DNA of 64,000 bases from an uncultured Lachnospiraceae bacterium. GTDB taxonomy: Bacteria > Bacillota > Clostridia > Lachnospirales > Lachnospiraceae. Location of the stretch: contig ONEJ01000017.1 in NCBI GenBank assembly GCA_900316805.1, forward strand, positions 2,410-66,409. Direction: 5' to 3'. Positions within the stretch are counted from its first letter, which is position 1, and every line of letters starts with the position of its first letter. This document shows, piece after piece, positions 1-11,300 of this stretch. The notes under the pieces were generated by a model. That model was given only the letters and a program-made list of their open reading frames with translations, did no database searches and was not told the DNA's origin. The translations under genes were made by a program, and so were the position numbers.

Positions 1-37
1 ACACACTGCGTGAGGAGCCACATTCCGGAGGTGTCTT

Positions 38-661
38 ATGTATATCAAACTCTATCTTACCGAACAGGAGAAAAAGCAGCTGGAGACTATGGCAAAGCAA
101 AATCAAATGTCTCTTTCAAAGCTCTGCCACGATAGAATCTTTCCGCTGCCGGTTCCTGATGTCACTGCTCATCCAGAGGCCGAAACCTCTATGCCGACAG
201 ATCAGGAAGAATTTTCAGAACCTACTTTTAGCAAAGCTAATGAGAAATCATCTCCCACAACCTACGGCCATGCTGTAAAAGTATATTTCACCGAATCAGA
301 ATATGCTTCCATGCTCTCCGCTGCAAAGGGACTTCCCCTTTCCCGTTTTGTACGAAAGGGATTTCTTTCAAGGCAGGAACCGGTACAGATTCTGGTAGAG
401 ACAGAGGATATTTCCCTGCTGACCATGAAAGTCTCCGGATACATTGAAAAACTCAACAACCTGATTGCTGCCCTTGCGCTCCAACAGCAGCTTTATGAAT
501 CCGACTATGAACAGCTGCTTTTGGATGCATCGGAAATGAAAACAGCCCTTAAGGATGCTGCCAGTTATGCAAAGGCCAATCGGACTTCCATCCGTGCCTC
601 CGGTGTCCGTATGTTACGTAAGGAAATCCGCAGGGCATTGAAGGTAAAAAACGAAAAATGA
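38..661 (+). CDS. MobC-like relaxosome accessory protein (two ribbon-helix-helix-like motifs)
   Basis: YIKLYLTEQEKKQLETMAKQNQMSLSKL and VKVYFTESEY..GLPLSRFVR RHH-like motifs; GGAGG RBS; directly upstream of relaxase. Confidence 0.65.
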   Translation: MYIKLYLTEQEKKQLETMAKQNQMSLSKLCHDRIFPLPVPDVTAHPEAETSMPTDQEEFSEPTFSKANEKSSPTTYGHAVKVYFTESEYASMLSAAKGLPLSRFVRKGFLSRQEPVQILVETEDISLLTMKVSGYIEKLNNLIAALALQQQLYESDYEQLLLDASEMKTALKDAASYAKANRTSIRASGVRMLRKEIRRALKVKNEK

Positions 662-676
662 GGAGGAATCAACTAC

Positions 677-2706
677 ATGACCGCCATATGTAAAACCATT
701 CTTATTCACAGCACCAATCTTCAAAATATTCTGGACTACGGTTCCAATCAGGAAAAGACCTCCGTCAGTCAAAATGGTCTCTCCGATGTTCTGGAATATG
801 GAGCCAATCCGGCGAAAACCCTTGCCAGTCTGGACAATGGGGACAAGGAGCTACTTGTGACCGGAGTGCTCTGCCAGCCGGAAACAGCGGCTCTTGATTT
901 TGGGATTACAAGGGAAAAATACCTTGCAGACCACAAAGGAGAACGGTACACCAGATTGGCATTGAGTTGTGTGAAAAGCTGCTTGTTCAGGCGGTGGTTG
1001 ACACCCACATGAACAAGGAACATCTGCACAATCACATCATCATCAATGCCTACCTTCCGGACGGAGTCTCCAAGTTTGGCATGGATTCCGCCAGACGCCT
1101 GCAGATCCGTGAGCTGTCCGACACAATCCAGAGGTCCTATGGAATTGAAATCACCCTTGCAGATCCAAAAACGCAGCTTTTTAAGTCAAAGGGCCGGGGC
1201 ACATACCGGGAATGGGATTCCATCCGGAAAAACATCTCATGGAAACTGGAGATCCTGCGCCGCGTAGGAAACCGGTATCAGCCCAAAAAGCTCCTAACCA
1301 CTTTGCCCACCACGAAAAAGATTGAAATGATGGAGCAGGCTCTGTCTACCATCGAAAAACTTGGACTGGAAAGGCGGTCCGATCTGGAAGAAAAGCTGGA
1401 TTCCACCGGAGCAAAACTGAATCACATAAAATCACAGTTAAAACGCATGGAAGGGAAAAGGCAGTTTTACGATCTGGTGGAACCGTTACTGAAAGACTTA
1501 CAGGACACCAAACGAATCATTGACAGTATTGAATATTGGCCCAAGGGTGCCATGCCAGACCTTATGCTCTCCTCTTTTTCACCAGAAAAGGTCCAGAAAA
1601 CCCGGGCCCAGTGCTGTCCCATGAGTGGTTCCCAGAAGCGTGATCTCTATCTTGCCCTGCGGAAGCATCCCGAATACACATTGTCCGGAGATGGATTTAC
1701 CGGTGTTTCTGCCATGGATGCCGGAGAAATCCTAAACTTTTTCAGAGGGGATTGTACAAAGCCGGAAATCTTAAAAACTAGTACTGATGCTGCGATGGAG
1801 AAAGCATACCGGAAAAGGATCCTGTATATGAAAGAAGACTTCACCGAACCCATCCGGAAAAATCAAATCCGGGAGATAAAAGAACTTCTTTCGGAAGAAA
1901 AACAGAATATCGATTTTTCGGCACTGACCCAGTTTGATTTCATAAACATAAAAAAATGCTATGGAAACCAGCCCTTTCTTGAGAACCCCATATCTGCAGA
2001 ACAGCAGCAGAATCTTTCCCGCCAGTTGAAAGAACACGGACTTACACTCAGCCGCGACATCCAATATGTCCTCCCCTCCGAATACGAACAGCTGCGGGAT
2101 TATCTGGATGGTCTTACACCAGTGAAACCGGATCTCTTAAAGCCCTCCGAACCGGCTTCGTCAAATGACCTGGAAAAGCTGCAGGTATACCTGGATGCCA
2201 AAGGGATTTCTCCCTCGATTCCCCTTTCTGCCATGAGTAAAAAAGACTATCAGAAACTTTTTGGATATGTCGTAAGCCTTGGGCAGACCCCGGAATGCCT
2301 GAAGGAAGAAGCCAAAGACCGCTCTGCAGAATTCTATGAATCCATTCAGACCGATGAAATCACCGAAAAAAAACAGTTCCTGCTATTGCAGCTGCGAAAT
2401 CAGATGCAGGAACTGGCAGAACTTGGCATAGATCCACTCCACACACAAAGCATCACTGCGGAAATCTCTGCATTCCGCCGGGACTATGAAACACTCTCCT
2501 TGCAGAAAGCACATTTTTCCCAGGAATACCGCTCCCTTCTGGAACTATCCCAGCAGCTAACCTATGCAGAATCAAAAGATTTTTTGTTTGGTGCCCTATT
2601 TGATGAGAAGGTCCATGAGAAACCTGTAATTACGGTATCACGGGATAAAGAACAAAAAGACATGCCAACAAAGCCACATCCTAAAACCATGGATTTTGAT
2701 TTATAA
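677..2706 (+). pseudogene. Relaxase (MOBP-like), broken by internal deletion/frameshift near 948
   Basis: N-terminal LQNILDYGSNQEKT motif in frame 677; HQIGIELCEKL..VDTHMNKEHLHNHIIIN (3-His motif) in another frame from 949; the intervening HxxQSF motif is missing. Confidence 0.75.
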
Positions 2707-2773
2707 AAGGACACCGCACGCCCTGCCGTTCCTCAGCTGCAGGGTGGCTGTGTCCTCACATATACTTTTCCTC

Positions 2774-3256
2774 TTACTTCTCTGATTCTGATTTTCTTAC
2801 GGTTTTCGCATCATAGGCGATCATGTCCCCCATACAGACCGCTGTTTCATACTGCTCCTGCATCATCTTCATGTAGGTCAGCAGGATTTCTCTCTGGGCC
2901 TCATCCAGAACCACCACGATATTCTCAAGGATCATGGTACGCAGAGCCTCCGTCTGTCTTCTGCGGCGGACAAATTCCTCATCATTTTCCAGTGCGGCGG
3001 ATACCAGCATGCGGTGATCCGCCTCATGGGCATCCCACGGCGGCCCATTGGACAGATCCGCATTTTCTGAGGTGACCGTGAAATCCCCCTTCACCCAAAA
3101 ATCAAGTCTTTCTAAACCCATACCTTTCATTACTCCCTTAGCTTTTGTTCCTAATAACCTCGACAAAATCAAAAGGTGCCTGTGCTTCCCTTCCATCCTC
3201 CCGATGAAAACTCTGATCCGTAAATCCCTGATAGTCCTCTCCTGCCAGCAAAACAT
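2774..3256 (-). CDS. Hypothetical protein of the element, probably chimeric/fragment
   Basis: 160-aa ORF; no recognisable motif; composition changes near 3090. Confidence 0.35.
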   Translation of the reverse strand: MFCWQERTIRDLRIRVFIGRMEGKHRHLLILSRLLGTKAKGVMKGMGLERLDFWVKGDFTVTSENADLSNGPPWDAHEADHRMLVSAALENDEEFVRRRRQTEALRTMILENIVVVLDEAQREILLTYMKMMQEQYETAVCMGDMIAYDAKTVRKSESEK

Positions 3257-3258
3257 AA

Positions 3259-3445
3259 ATGGAAACCGGTAATGCCTTTGTTGTCTCTATTTATGATGAA
3301 GAAGCTGACATGATGATTGAAAACACCGGCGGTGCTTGGGACAATGGTTTTGAAGAAGCTGAAATGGATCTCTTCGTTTCCCAGAGTTTTGCGGATGAAG
3401 CGGATGCCCGGGTGTTTTATCATCTGACAGAACTTCATCCAGCCG
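3259..3445 (+). pseudogene. Acidic hypothetical protein fragment
   Basis: Plausible N-terminal part METGNAFVVSIYDEEADMM.. runs into the antisense of the signal peptidase fragment. Confidence 0.3.
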
Positions 3446-3715
3446 GTGGATCACGATTTTCTCACCAAACCATGCTCTCTTTTTATATGCATAGATATCT
3501 CCCGGCACCAGTGTTTCCCGGACAGAGAGTCTCTTGGCCAGCACCAGCTGGTGCTTGTGGATCTCCGGCTCCATGGATCCACTCATGATGAAAAAGACCC
3601 GGTATGGGCCAACACCGGACCAGCCGGTCACTGCCTTTGTGATTCCCAGAGAAAGCACCAGAACCAGCAGGCAACCCGAAAGAACATTCCAGAACCATCT
3701 CACAGTCTTACTCAT
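3287..3715 (-). pseudogene. Signal peptidase I (S26, SipW-like), C-terminally truncated
   Basis: N-terminal TM segment, IMSGSMEP catalytic Ser motif, PGDIYAY, IVIHR catalytic His motif; sequence degenerates before the KGDNN motif. Confidence 0.7.
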
Positions 3716-4059
3716 TCGCCATACTCCTTCTCATCCTTACGCCAGCGGTAACTCTGAAGCCGATAACTGGATTCCTTTTCCTTCCTGCTTCCCAGCACCG
3801 TAACCGCTGTCACACCTGTTTCCTTTCCATTACCACTTTCCACAGTCAACCGTGATATTCCGGGTCCAACGGAAGACAGAATGCGCACCAGATACTCGTG
3901 ATCTTTCACCGGATGTCCCGAAACCACCAGATTTGCCTCACAATTCTTGGAAGCCGTTACGGAAAACGCTTCCGGTGCATGGAAACTGTATACATCTCCC
4001 TGAAGAAATTCGTCACTGTCCCTGCTGTTCTTAAAGTAAAGTGTAAGACCTGCATCCAC
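3712..4059 (-). pseudogene. Beta-rich surface/secreted protein fragment
   Basis: ORF begins at an apparent junction near 4050; beta-strand-like sequence; no signal peptide. Confidence 0.3.
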
Positions 4060-5075
4060 TAGGGCAGGTATACACCCCGGATTCCTGGAACGTCACTTTG
4101 GGATTCATCATCTCCCACAGATCCAGAACCAGATCATCCCTGGCGGCCGGATTGCTGTCAAAGTCCCCATCCATGATGACATACGCCATGGCAAGACAGT
4201 CCCGGATATTGTTCATGCCTCCAACCAGTGTATTGCCGGATCCATCCTGATAGGTAACCTTACTTTCCCCTGTCCACGCACCGCTGCTATCCGGATGCCC
4301 ATATTTTGAAATGTTATGTCCTGCATATACTTCTGGATTCTGTGGGGCATTCGCTGCAAAATGCTCCGCTTCTGCTTTTCTCTCCTCCACTTTTTTCAGG
4401 AGCATTGCAATCAGATCCGGAACAACCTGTTCATCATTGGTAAGGATGACGGAGCAGGCAGCTTCCGACTGGGTCTCAAAGACAGTCAGGATCTGATTCA
4501 ACAGCAGGATCAGCACAAGGAACACACAGACCGCGATTCCGGCTGCCGCCGCCAATGCCATCCTCATTTTTGAAAAAACGGAACGAATTCTGTGAAAGCC
4601 ACGCCCCAGCAGACGCACCGGTGACAGCACACGGTCTTTCCCGTGCCTGATCCTTCGTCCCGCTGCCCTCGCTGCTGCCTTTGTCCGGTTTACCTTTCTG
4701 ACTGTTTCCTTTGCCCTATTTGCTGCCTGTGCCTGCACTTTTTTGTATCTTTGAACACCAGCATTCTGGTCCAGCTTCTGTCTGGTACTGTTCTGTAGTT
4801 CCTTTGCCCGCTCCCTGATCTCGCCTGCTTTTGTGGCTGCTGACCGGTATGCCCTGCTTTCTTTCATTACAGCCTCCGCTTTTTTACGGATCAGTTCCCC
4901 CTTTCCCTGCCGGTACCGGTTCAGTTTATGAAGAAGGTATTCTGCACCTGTATACTTTGCAAGAAACGATACACTGACCACACCGGATTTCAGCCCGAAT
5001 TTTCCTACAGCATATGCCGCCTGCATGACTCTCGCCGTATTGATCACCTGCTGGATTCCTTCCCCGGCGGTTCCA
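4031..5075 (-). pseudogene. Conjugative-element membrane protein fragment (basic helical region, TM segment, extracellular domain)
   Basis: Basic helical stretch then TM LAAAAGIAVCVFLVLILLL as in ICE transfer/cell-wall-hydrolase genes; 5' part of the computed ORF is integrase sequence in another frame. Confidence 0.5.
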
Positions 5076-5462
5076 TCCATCCTTAATATGTCCCGGTCCG
5101 ATGTTCCGAATTGGCATATTATATAGATCACTGCAGTACGCATATGCCGAAGTGATAGTTCTAACAGAATTTTCCCCTTGCAAGGAATCAAAGTACTGTT
5201 TAGACCATACGTTATACAAATCTGCAAACGTTTTTACAGATAACGAGATATCATATGGATTTTTAGAGAATTCTGCCAATGCATCCTCTGCCTCAGCTCT
5301 TGTTGTAAAATTTCCAAGGGATTTGTATACGACTTGGGTTTTACCATTTTTATCAACCTTTGTTCCAACCGGTGCCTTCGCCTTGTACGGTCTCAACTTT
5401 CCTGGACCTTTTTCTACTGTTCCCCTTCCATTTTCACGCTTTACTGCTTTCTTCCTTGCCAT
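5076..5462 (-). pseudogene. Tyrosine recombinase/integrase, N-terminal arm- and core-binding regions only
   Basis: KRENGRGTVEK..RPYKA..LGNFTTRAEAEDALAEFSKNPYD..TFADLY..W..ITSAYAYCSDLYNMPIRNI; catalytic domain absent, fused to unrelated sequence near 5075. Confidence 0.8.
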
Positions 5463-5517
5463 CGTTCACTACTTCCTTTCTCTGCTTTTTATGCCTGTCA
5501 GAAGTGCTGTGAACGTT

Positions 5518-5573
5518 TACCTACCCCGACCTAAAAACCCGGGGTAGATATGGGGTAGATAACGAGGTAGATA
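5518..5573. repeat. Integrase arm-type site candidates (GGTAGATA x3 plus one inverted copy)
   Basis: GGTAGATA at 5543, 5554, 5566; inverted TACCTACCCC at 5518; between integrase start and host gene end. Confidence 0.6.
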
Positions 5574-5576
5574 GAA

Positions 5577-5621
5577 TAAAAAAAGAGGACAAACCACGCC
5601 TTACGACGACTTGGTTTGTCC
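5577..5621 (-). terminator. Probable intrinsic terminator downstream of GGGtGRT gene
   Basis: GGACAAACCA/TGGTTTGTCC 10-bp inverted repeat followed by a T-run on the minus strand. Confidence 0.55.
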
Positions 5622-5649
5622 CCAAAAATCAAGGTTTTTCAGCCTTTTT

Positions 5650-6660
5650 TTAGAATTTACCAGCCTTAGCAGCTTCCTCTACGGATACAGCAACTGCAAC
5701 GGTAGCGCCAACCATCGGGTTGTTACCCATACCGATGAGACCCATCATCTCAACGTGAGCCGGTACGGAAGAAGATCCTGCGAACTGTGCGTCAGAATGC
5801 ATACGTCCTAATGTATCGGTCATACCATAAGAAGCCGGTCCTGCAGCCATGTTGTCCGGATGAAGTGTACGTCCTGTACCACCGCCGGATGCAACGGAGA
5901 AGTACTTCTTGCCCTGCTCAACGCACTCCTTCTTGTAAGTACCTGCAACCGGATGCTGGAAACGGGTTGGGTTGGTGGAGTTACCGGTGATGGATACACC
6001 AACGTTCTCGTGATGCATAATTGCAACACCTTCCTGAACATCATCTGCGCCATAGCACTTTACAGTTGCACGGATTCCGTTAGAATATGCCTTCTCATAT
6101 ACAATATTAAGCTCAGCAGCCTTGTAATCATACTTTGTCTCAACGAATGTAAATCCGTTGATACGGGAAATGATCTGTGCAGCGTCTTTTCCAAGTCCGT
6201 TCAAGATAACGCGAAGTGGTTTCTGACGAACCTTGTTTGCCTTCTCAGCGATACCGATTGCACCCTCAGCAGCTGCGAAGGACTCATGTCCTGCTAAGAA
6301 GCAGAAGCACTCGGTCTCCTCCTCCAGAAGCATTTTGCCAAGGTTACCATGGCCAAGACCTACCTTACGATGATCAGCAACGGATCCCGGAATACAGAAA
6401 GCCTGAAGTCCCTCTCCGATTGCAGCAGCGGCATCAGCAGCGCGCTTGCAGCCCTTCTTGATTGCGATTGCTGCACCAATGGTGTAAGCCCAGCAAGCAT
6501 TCTCAAAACAGATCGGCTGGATTTTCTTAACCTGATCGTAAACGTTCAGTCCAGCGTCCTTTGTAATCTTCTCAGCTTCTTCGATAGAGCTGATACCATA
6601 GCTGTTTAAAACAGCGTTAATCTGGTCAATTCTTCTTTCATATCCTTCAAATAAAGCCAT
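5650..6660 (-). CDS. GGGtGRT family protein
   Basis: SVASGGGTGRTLHPDNM signature; MALFEGYERRI N-terminus. Confidence 0.95.
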   Translation of the reverse strand: MALFEGYERRIDQINAVLNSYGISSIEEAEKITKDAGLNVYDQVKKIQPICFENACWAYTIGAAIAIKKGCKRAADAAAAIGEGLQAFCIPGSVADHRKVGLGHGNLGKMLLEEETECFCFLAGHESFAAAEGAIGIAEKANKVRQKPLRVILNGLGKDAAQIISRINGFTFVETKYDYKAAELNIVYEKAYSNGIRATVKCYGADDVQEGVAIMHHENVGVSITGNSTNPTRFQHPVAGTYKKECVEQGKKYFSVASGGGTGRTLHPDNMAAGPASYGMTDTLGRMHSDAQFAGSSSVPAHVEMMGLIGMGNNPMVGATVAVAVSVEEAAKAGKF

Positions 6661-6722
6661 TATTTCGTTTCTCCTTTCTTAGTGCAGCGTCCCATCCGAA
6701 ACACTGCCTATATAAATTTCTC

Positions 6723-7418
6723 TTATTCCTGACGTGGATCAATGATCTTAACTGCATCATCTACGCGGCCGTACTGACCCTTAGCCTTCTCCCAGGCAGT
6801 ATTCGGATCATCACCTTTCTTGATGAAGTCAGTCATCTTTCCAAGAGAAACGAACTGGTAACCGATTACTTCATTATTCTCGTCAAGAGCGATACCTGTT
6901 ACATAACCCTCAGCCATCTCAAGGTAACGAACACCCTTCTCCTTGGTTGCGTACATGGTACCAACCTGAGAACGAAGACCCTTTCCTAAATCCTCAAGTC
7001 CTGCACCGATTGCAAGTCCGTCATCGGAGAAAGCAGACTGGGTACGTCCGTAAACGATCTGTAAAAACAGCTCTCTCATAGCTGTATTGATAGCGTCACA
7101 AACAAGGTCTGTATTTAATGCTTCCAGAATTGTCTTGCCCTGTAAAACCTCAGCTGCCATAGCTGCGGAATGTGTCATACCGGAGCATCCGATTGTCTCT
7201 ACGAGTGCTTCCTCAATGACACCATTCTTAACATTGAGGGAAAGCTTGCAGGCACCCTGCTGTGGTGCACACCAGCCAACACCGTGTGTAAATCCTGAAA
7301 TGTCCTCAATCTTCTTGGAATGAACCCACTTACCCTCTTCCGGGATAGGAGCCGGCTCATGTTTTGCGCCCTTAGCAACCGGACACATGTTTTCAACTTC
7401 CTTTGTGTAAATCATCAT
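6723..7418 (-). CDS. IscU/NifU-like iron-sulfur cluster scaffold-domain protein
   Basis: GWCAPQQGAC, ETIGCSGMTHSA, LVCDA cysteine motifs; usual partner of GGGtGRT. Confidence 0.85.
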   Translation of the reverse strand: MMIYTKEVENMCPVAKGAKHEPAPIPEEGKWVHSKKIEDISGFTHGVGWCAPQQGACKLSLNVKNGVIEEALVETIGCSGMTHSAAMAAEVLQGKTILEALNTDLVCDAINTAMRELFLQIVYGRTQSAFSDDGLAIGAGLEDLGKGLRSQVGTMYATKEKGVRYLEMAEGYVTGIALDENNEVIGYQFVSLGKMTDFIKKGDDPNTAWEKAKGQYGRVDDAVKIIDPRQE

Positions 7419-7529
7419 AAGACTCCTTTCGCATATGAATTGTATATGAACATACTGTAGTTATTTTTGCATATTTTTGCTCATAAGTCTAGTACTAAAT
7501 CCTCATTATTTCGATTTTTTTCGAAATAT

Positions 7530-8207
7530 TCATGCTTTCTTTACAATGTGCTCTTTATCCTTAAAGATATGTCCTGCCGGAATCACGCCCCGGACAGAGG
7601 AAAGAGGATATACGTTACAGTTGGGACAAATGACGGTTCCCGGATTCAATACCGAGTTGCAGCCTACCTCCACATGGTCGCCAAGCATAGCGCCAAATTT
7701 CTTAAGTCCTGTTTCAATTTCTTCTCCGGATTCATATTTATCCTTCACTACCACAAGTGTCTTATCAGATTTCACATTGGAGGTAATGGAGCCTGCCCCC
7801 ATGTGGGATTTGAATCCGAGAATGGAATCCCCCACATAATTATAATGAGGGACCTGAACAGAATTGAAAATAATATCATTTTTAATTTCTGTGGAATTTC
7901 CCACAACAGAGCCCTTTCCGATGATAGCACTGCCCCGGATAAAGGCACAGTGGCGGATTTCTGCCTCCTCATCAATAATGAGCGGGCCATTCAGGCAGGC
8001 AGTAGCTGCCACCTTCGCACTCTTTGCTACCCAGATTTCCTCCCCCCGCTTCTCGAAGCGCTCCGGATCCAGTGTGGGACCCAGCTTCCGGATAAAGTCA
8101 GCGATGCCCTTTAAGGCTTCCCATGGATAAGTAAACTGTGCAAGGTACTCTCCTGCAATGGTCTGTGACAAATCATACATATTTACAATTTTTGCGTTTT
8201 CCATCAT
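7530..8207 (-). CDS. Left-handed beta-helix acyltransferase (GlmU C-terminal-like)
   Basis: Hexapeptide repeats, PHYNYVGDSILG, GLKKFGAMLGD..VGCNSVLNPG. Confidence 0.85.
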   Translation of the reverse strand: MMENAKIVNMYDLSQTIAGEYLAQFTYPWEALKGIADFIRKLGPTLDPERFEKRGEEIWVAKSAKVAATACLNGPLIIDEEAEIRHCAFIRGSAIIGKGSVVGNSTEIKNDIIFNSVQVPHYNYVGDSILGFKSHMGAGSITSNVKSDKTLVVVKDKYESGEEIETGLKKFGAMLGDHVEVGCNSVLNPGTVICPNCNVYPLSSVRGVIPAGHIFKDKEHIVKKA

Positions 8208-8358
8208 GATTTATATCTCCTTTTCGTTTATAATTAACAAATGATTTTATGTTCCTTCAGCTTCTGTTTTCGGTTCTGAACCGGTTTTCGCTGCCGCGGT
8301 GTGCTCTGCCTTTGAAGCCTCATCCGGTATTGCTGTATTCCCTGAGGTGGAATCTCCC

Positions 8359-11300
8359 TCAGAATTCGCAGACTCCTCCCCCCGGATTATCAAAATCAAA
8401 AGATATCTGTCCATCCGCATATTTCAGACAGGCATCAAAGACATTTCCTGCCTTTGAGGTAAATCCAACTACCTTCTGTTTCGTCTTTCCGGTGGTCAGA
8501 AGTTCCTTCATAATCTCTTCTGAAAGCTCCACCTTCGCTACGGTATGCCAGATCTTAAAGCCACATGCACACTCGTAGCGCCACTGGCTCTTCATGAGCA
8601 TTTTACCACAGTCCGGACAGGGAACTTGCGTTTCCACAGGCTTTGGCTTCTCCGGAAAATCAAAGGCAATGTCTCCCCCTTCTGTAAGCTTTAAGGGGGC
8701 ATCGAACTTCATCCCGGTTTTTGCAACGAAGCCTTCTATGACATCGGTCTTCCCGCGAAGCAGAAGTTCCTTAAGCTGGGCCTCCTTGATTTTTACACTG
8801 GCCACCTTCCCGACAACGAAGTTGCAGCTTTCTGCGTCGTCGCGACGATGATTCTCACAGGCAAAGCCAAAGGACGTCACGACAACTGCCCCTCCACACT
8901 TCGGACATGCCACGTCCTTCACTTTCTTGGGTTCTACATTGTTAAAGTCAAATTTAAGTCCTGTCACCTTTCCGGATTCATCCTTGTTCAAAGCTACCCG
9001 GGCATCAAAGCGCTTGCCGTTTTTGGACTTAAATCCCCGCATGGTCTCCGTGATTCCGTCGGTCAGAAGCTGCCGCACCTGCGTCTCCGTAAAGGATTTG
9101 TCTGCCATCTTACCAATGGAAAAACGGCAGCTGCTTTCATCCTTTGGCTTATAATTGGCACATCCGTAGCCAAAGGAGGTAGCCACAATATCTCCTCCAC
9201 AGAGAGGACACTTCACATCCTTAACCACCTTCTGCTCTACATGATCAAAGTCGAACTGCACAGACACTTTCCCGGTCTCATCCTTCCGCAGAACCAGACA
9301 GGCGTCAAACTTCTTCCCGGCTTTGGACTTAAAGCCCCGGATCGTATCGGTATGTCCCTCCGTCAGCAGCTGCTTTACCACCGATGCCGGCAGATTCTTC
9401 CCGGCAACAGAACCAATGGAAAAGCGGCAGCTTCCCTCCTCCGAGGGACTAAAATTCACGCAGCCATAGCCAAAGGAAGTCTTCTTAATGGCTCCGCCGC
9501 AAACCGGGCACTTCACTTCCGGCAGAATCTCCGGCTCCACCTCCGAGAAATCAAAGGCCGCCGACACCCTTCCCGCCTCATCCTTCTGCAGCATCAGACA
9601 GGCATCAAACTTCTTCCCGGCCTTGGACTTAAAGCCCCGAATCTTAGCAGTCTTTCCCTTTTCCAGAAGCTCCTTTACCTGTTCCTCCGAAAGCCGCACA
9701 TTGGCGATCTCACCGATATTAAAATTACATCCTGATTTATCTTTTTTGTAATTGCTGCATCCATAGCCGAAGGGAGTGGTTATCATCTCTCCACCGCACG
9801 CCGGACACTTCGCCCCGATCTTTCTTCTTGCCCCGGGACCTGTGGCATTTTTCCCGGCAAAATCACTGATCCGTTCCGCCAGGGGCTGACCAAGATCCTG
9901 TCCGATCATCTTCTCCGTCTCGGTGCGGATAAAGTTCTCCAGCTTACTCCGGTAATCATCAAAATCCACCGTGCCTCCGGTAATGCCATCCAGTCCCTTC
10001 TCCCAGGAAGCTGTCATCTTGGGATTAAGAAGGGCAGGCACCGTCATGTTGACGACCTCATACACCATCTCCCCAAGATTTTCCGGTGTCAGGATCTGGG
10101 TTTTTTTATTCAGATTCAGATAATGGATACGCACCAGCTTCTTAATAATTTCTGCCCGGGTGGCGGAAGTTCCGATACCGGAGCCCTTGATCTGCTCCCG
10201 AAGCTCCTCGTCCTCAATAAGCTGCCCCGCATTCTCCATGGCAAGAACCATAGAGCCGGAGGTGTAACGCTTCGGCGGAGAGGTTTTGCCTTCCTTCACG
10301 CCATAGCCATATACAGGGAGCTCATCACCATTTTTGATGGTAGCGGCAAGAGCCAGAAGTGCCTTGGGATCTGCCACTTCCTCTTCCTCGTTTTCCTCCT
10401 CCCCGCGGCTGTAAGCGCCTCCGGTGACACGGGCCAGTCCCCGATCCTTATTGGTGGGATCCGATGGATTTTTCTTCTGGGGAATTCCCGCAATTTCCAG
10501 ATATCCCGGATTCTTAAGTACCTTCGCGGAAGCAAAAAAGGATTCCTTTTTCCCCTCTGCCTCCACGGTCACCACCAGCTTTACATTCTCGTATTCTGCC
10601 GGAGGATAGAAAATGCTTAGGAACCGGCGGACGATCAATTCAAAAATTGCCCTCTGAAGAGAGTTCAAAGAATTAAGCTCCGTCAGCTGTCCCGTGGGTA
10701 TAATGGCATAGTGATCCGTGACCTTGGAGTCATCCGTGTACTGGGTTTTCGCAATATTGGCATACAGTTTCCTGTCCATAATCCTTTCCACAAAAGATTC
10801 CGTGGGAGTAAAGCCTTTCAGCCTGCTGATATTCTTATAAATTTCCTTGGCCACCGCGCTGGAAAGCACTCTGGCATCCGTTCTCGGGTAGGTGGTCAGT
10901 TTCTTCTCATAGAGGTCCTGCGCTACCTGCAGGGTCTCATCCGGACTGATCTTAAACCGTTTGGAACACTCCGCCTGAAGCTCTGCCAGGTTAAAAAGCA
11001 AGGGTGCCCGCTTTCTTGAAGTGTTTTTTTCAATGGACTGCACCTTCGCCGGCCGGTTATTGAGCCGTTCCATGAGAGCAAGGGCATCCTTTTTCTCCCG
11101 GAATCCATTTTCCTTATACAGAAGCGGTGATTCAAAATAGGCCGAGCCTTCCACCGCCTTCCATTCTCCCTCAATCTTCGCATCGGAAAATTTCCCCACC
11201 ACGCGGTAAAAGGGTGTCTCCTTGAAATTGCGGATTTCCCGCTCCCGGATCACCACCATGCCAAGAACGCAGGTCATGACCCGGCCCACGGCAATGGCCG

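Larger units (their letters stand above)
1..5649. mobile_element. Decayed integrative conjugative/mobilisable element remnant (one end; the other lies outside the window)
   Basis: MobC-like gene, relaxase fragments, transfer-gene fragments, tyrosine integrase N-terminus and arm-like GGTAGATA repeats adjacent to the 3' end of the GGGtGRT gene. Confidence 0.8.
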
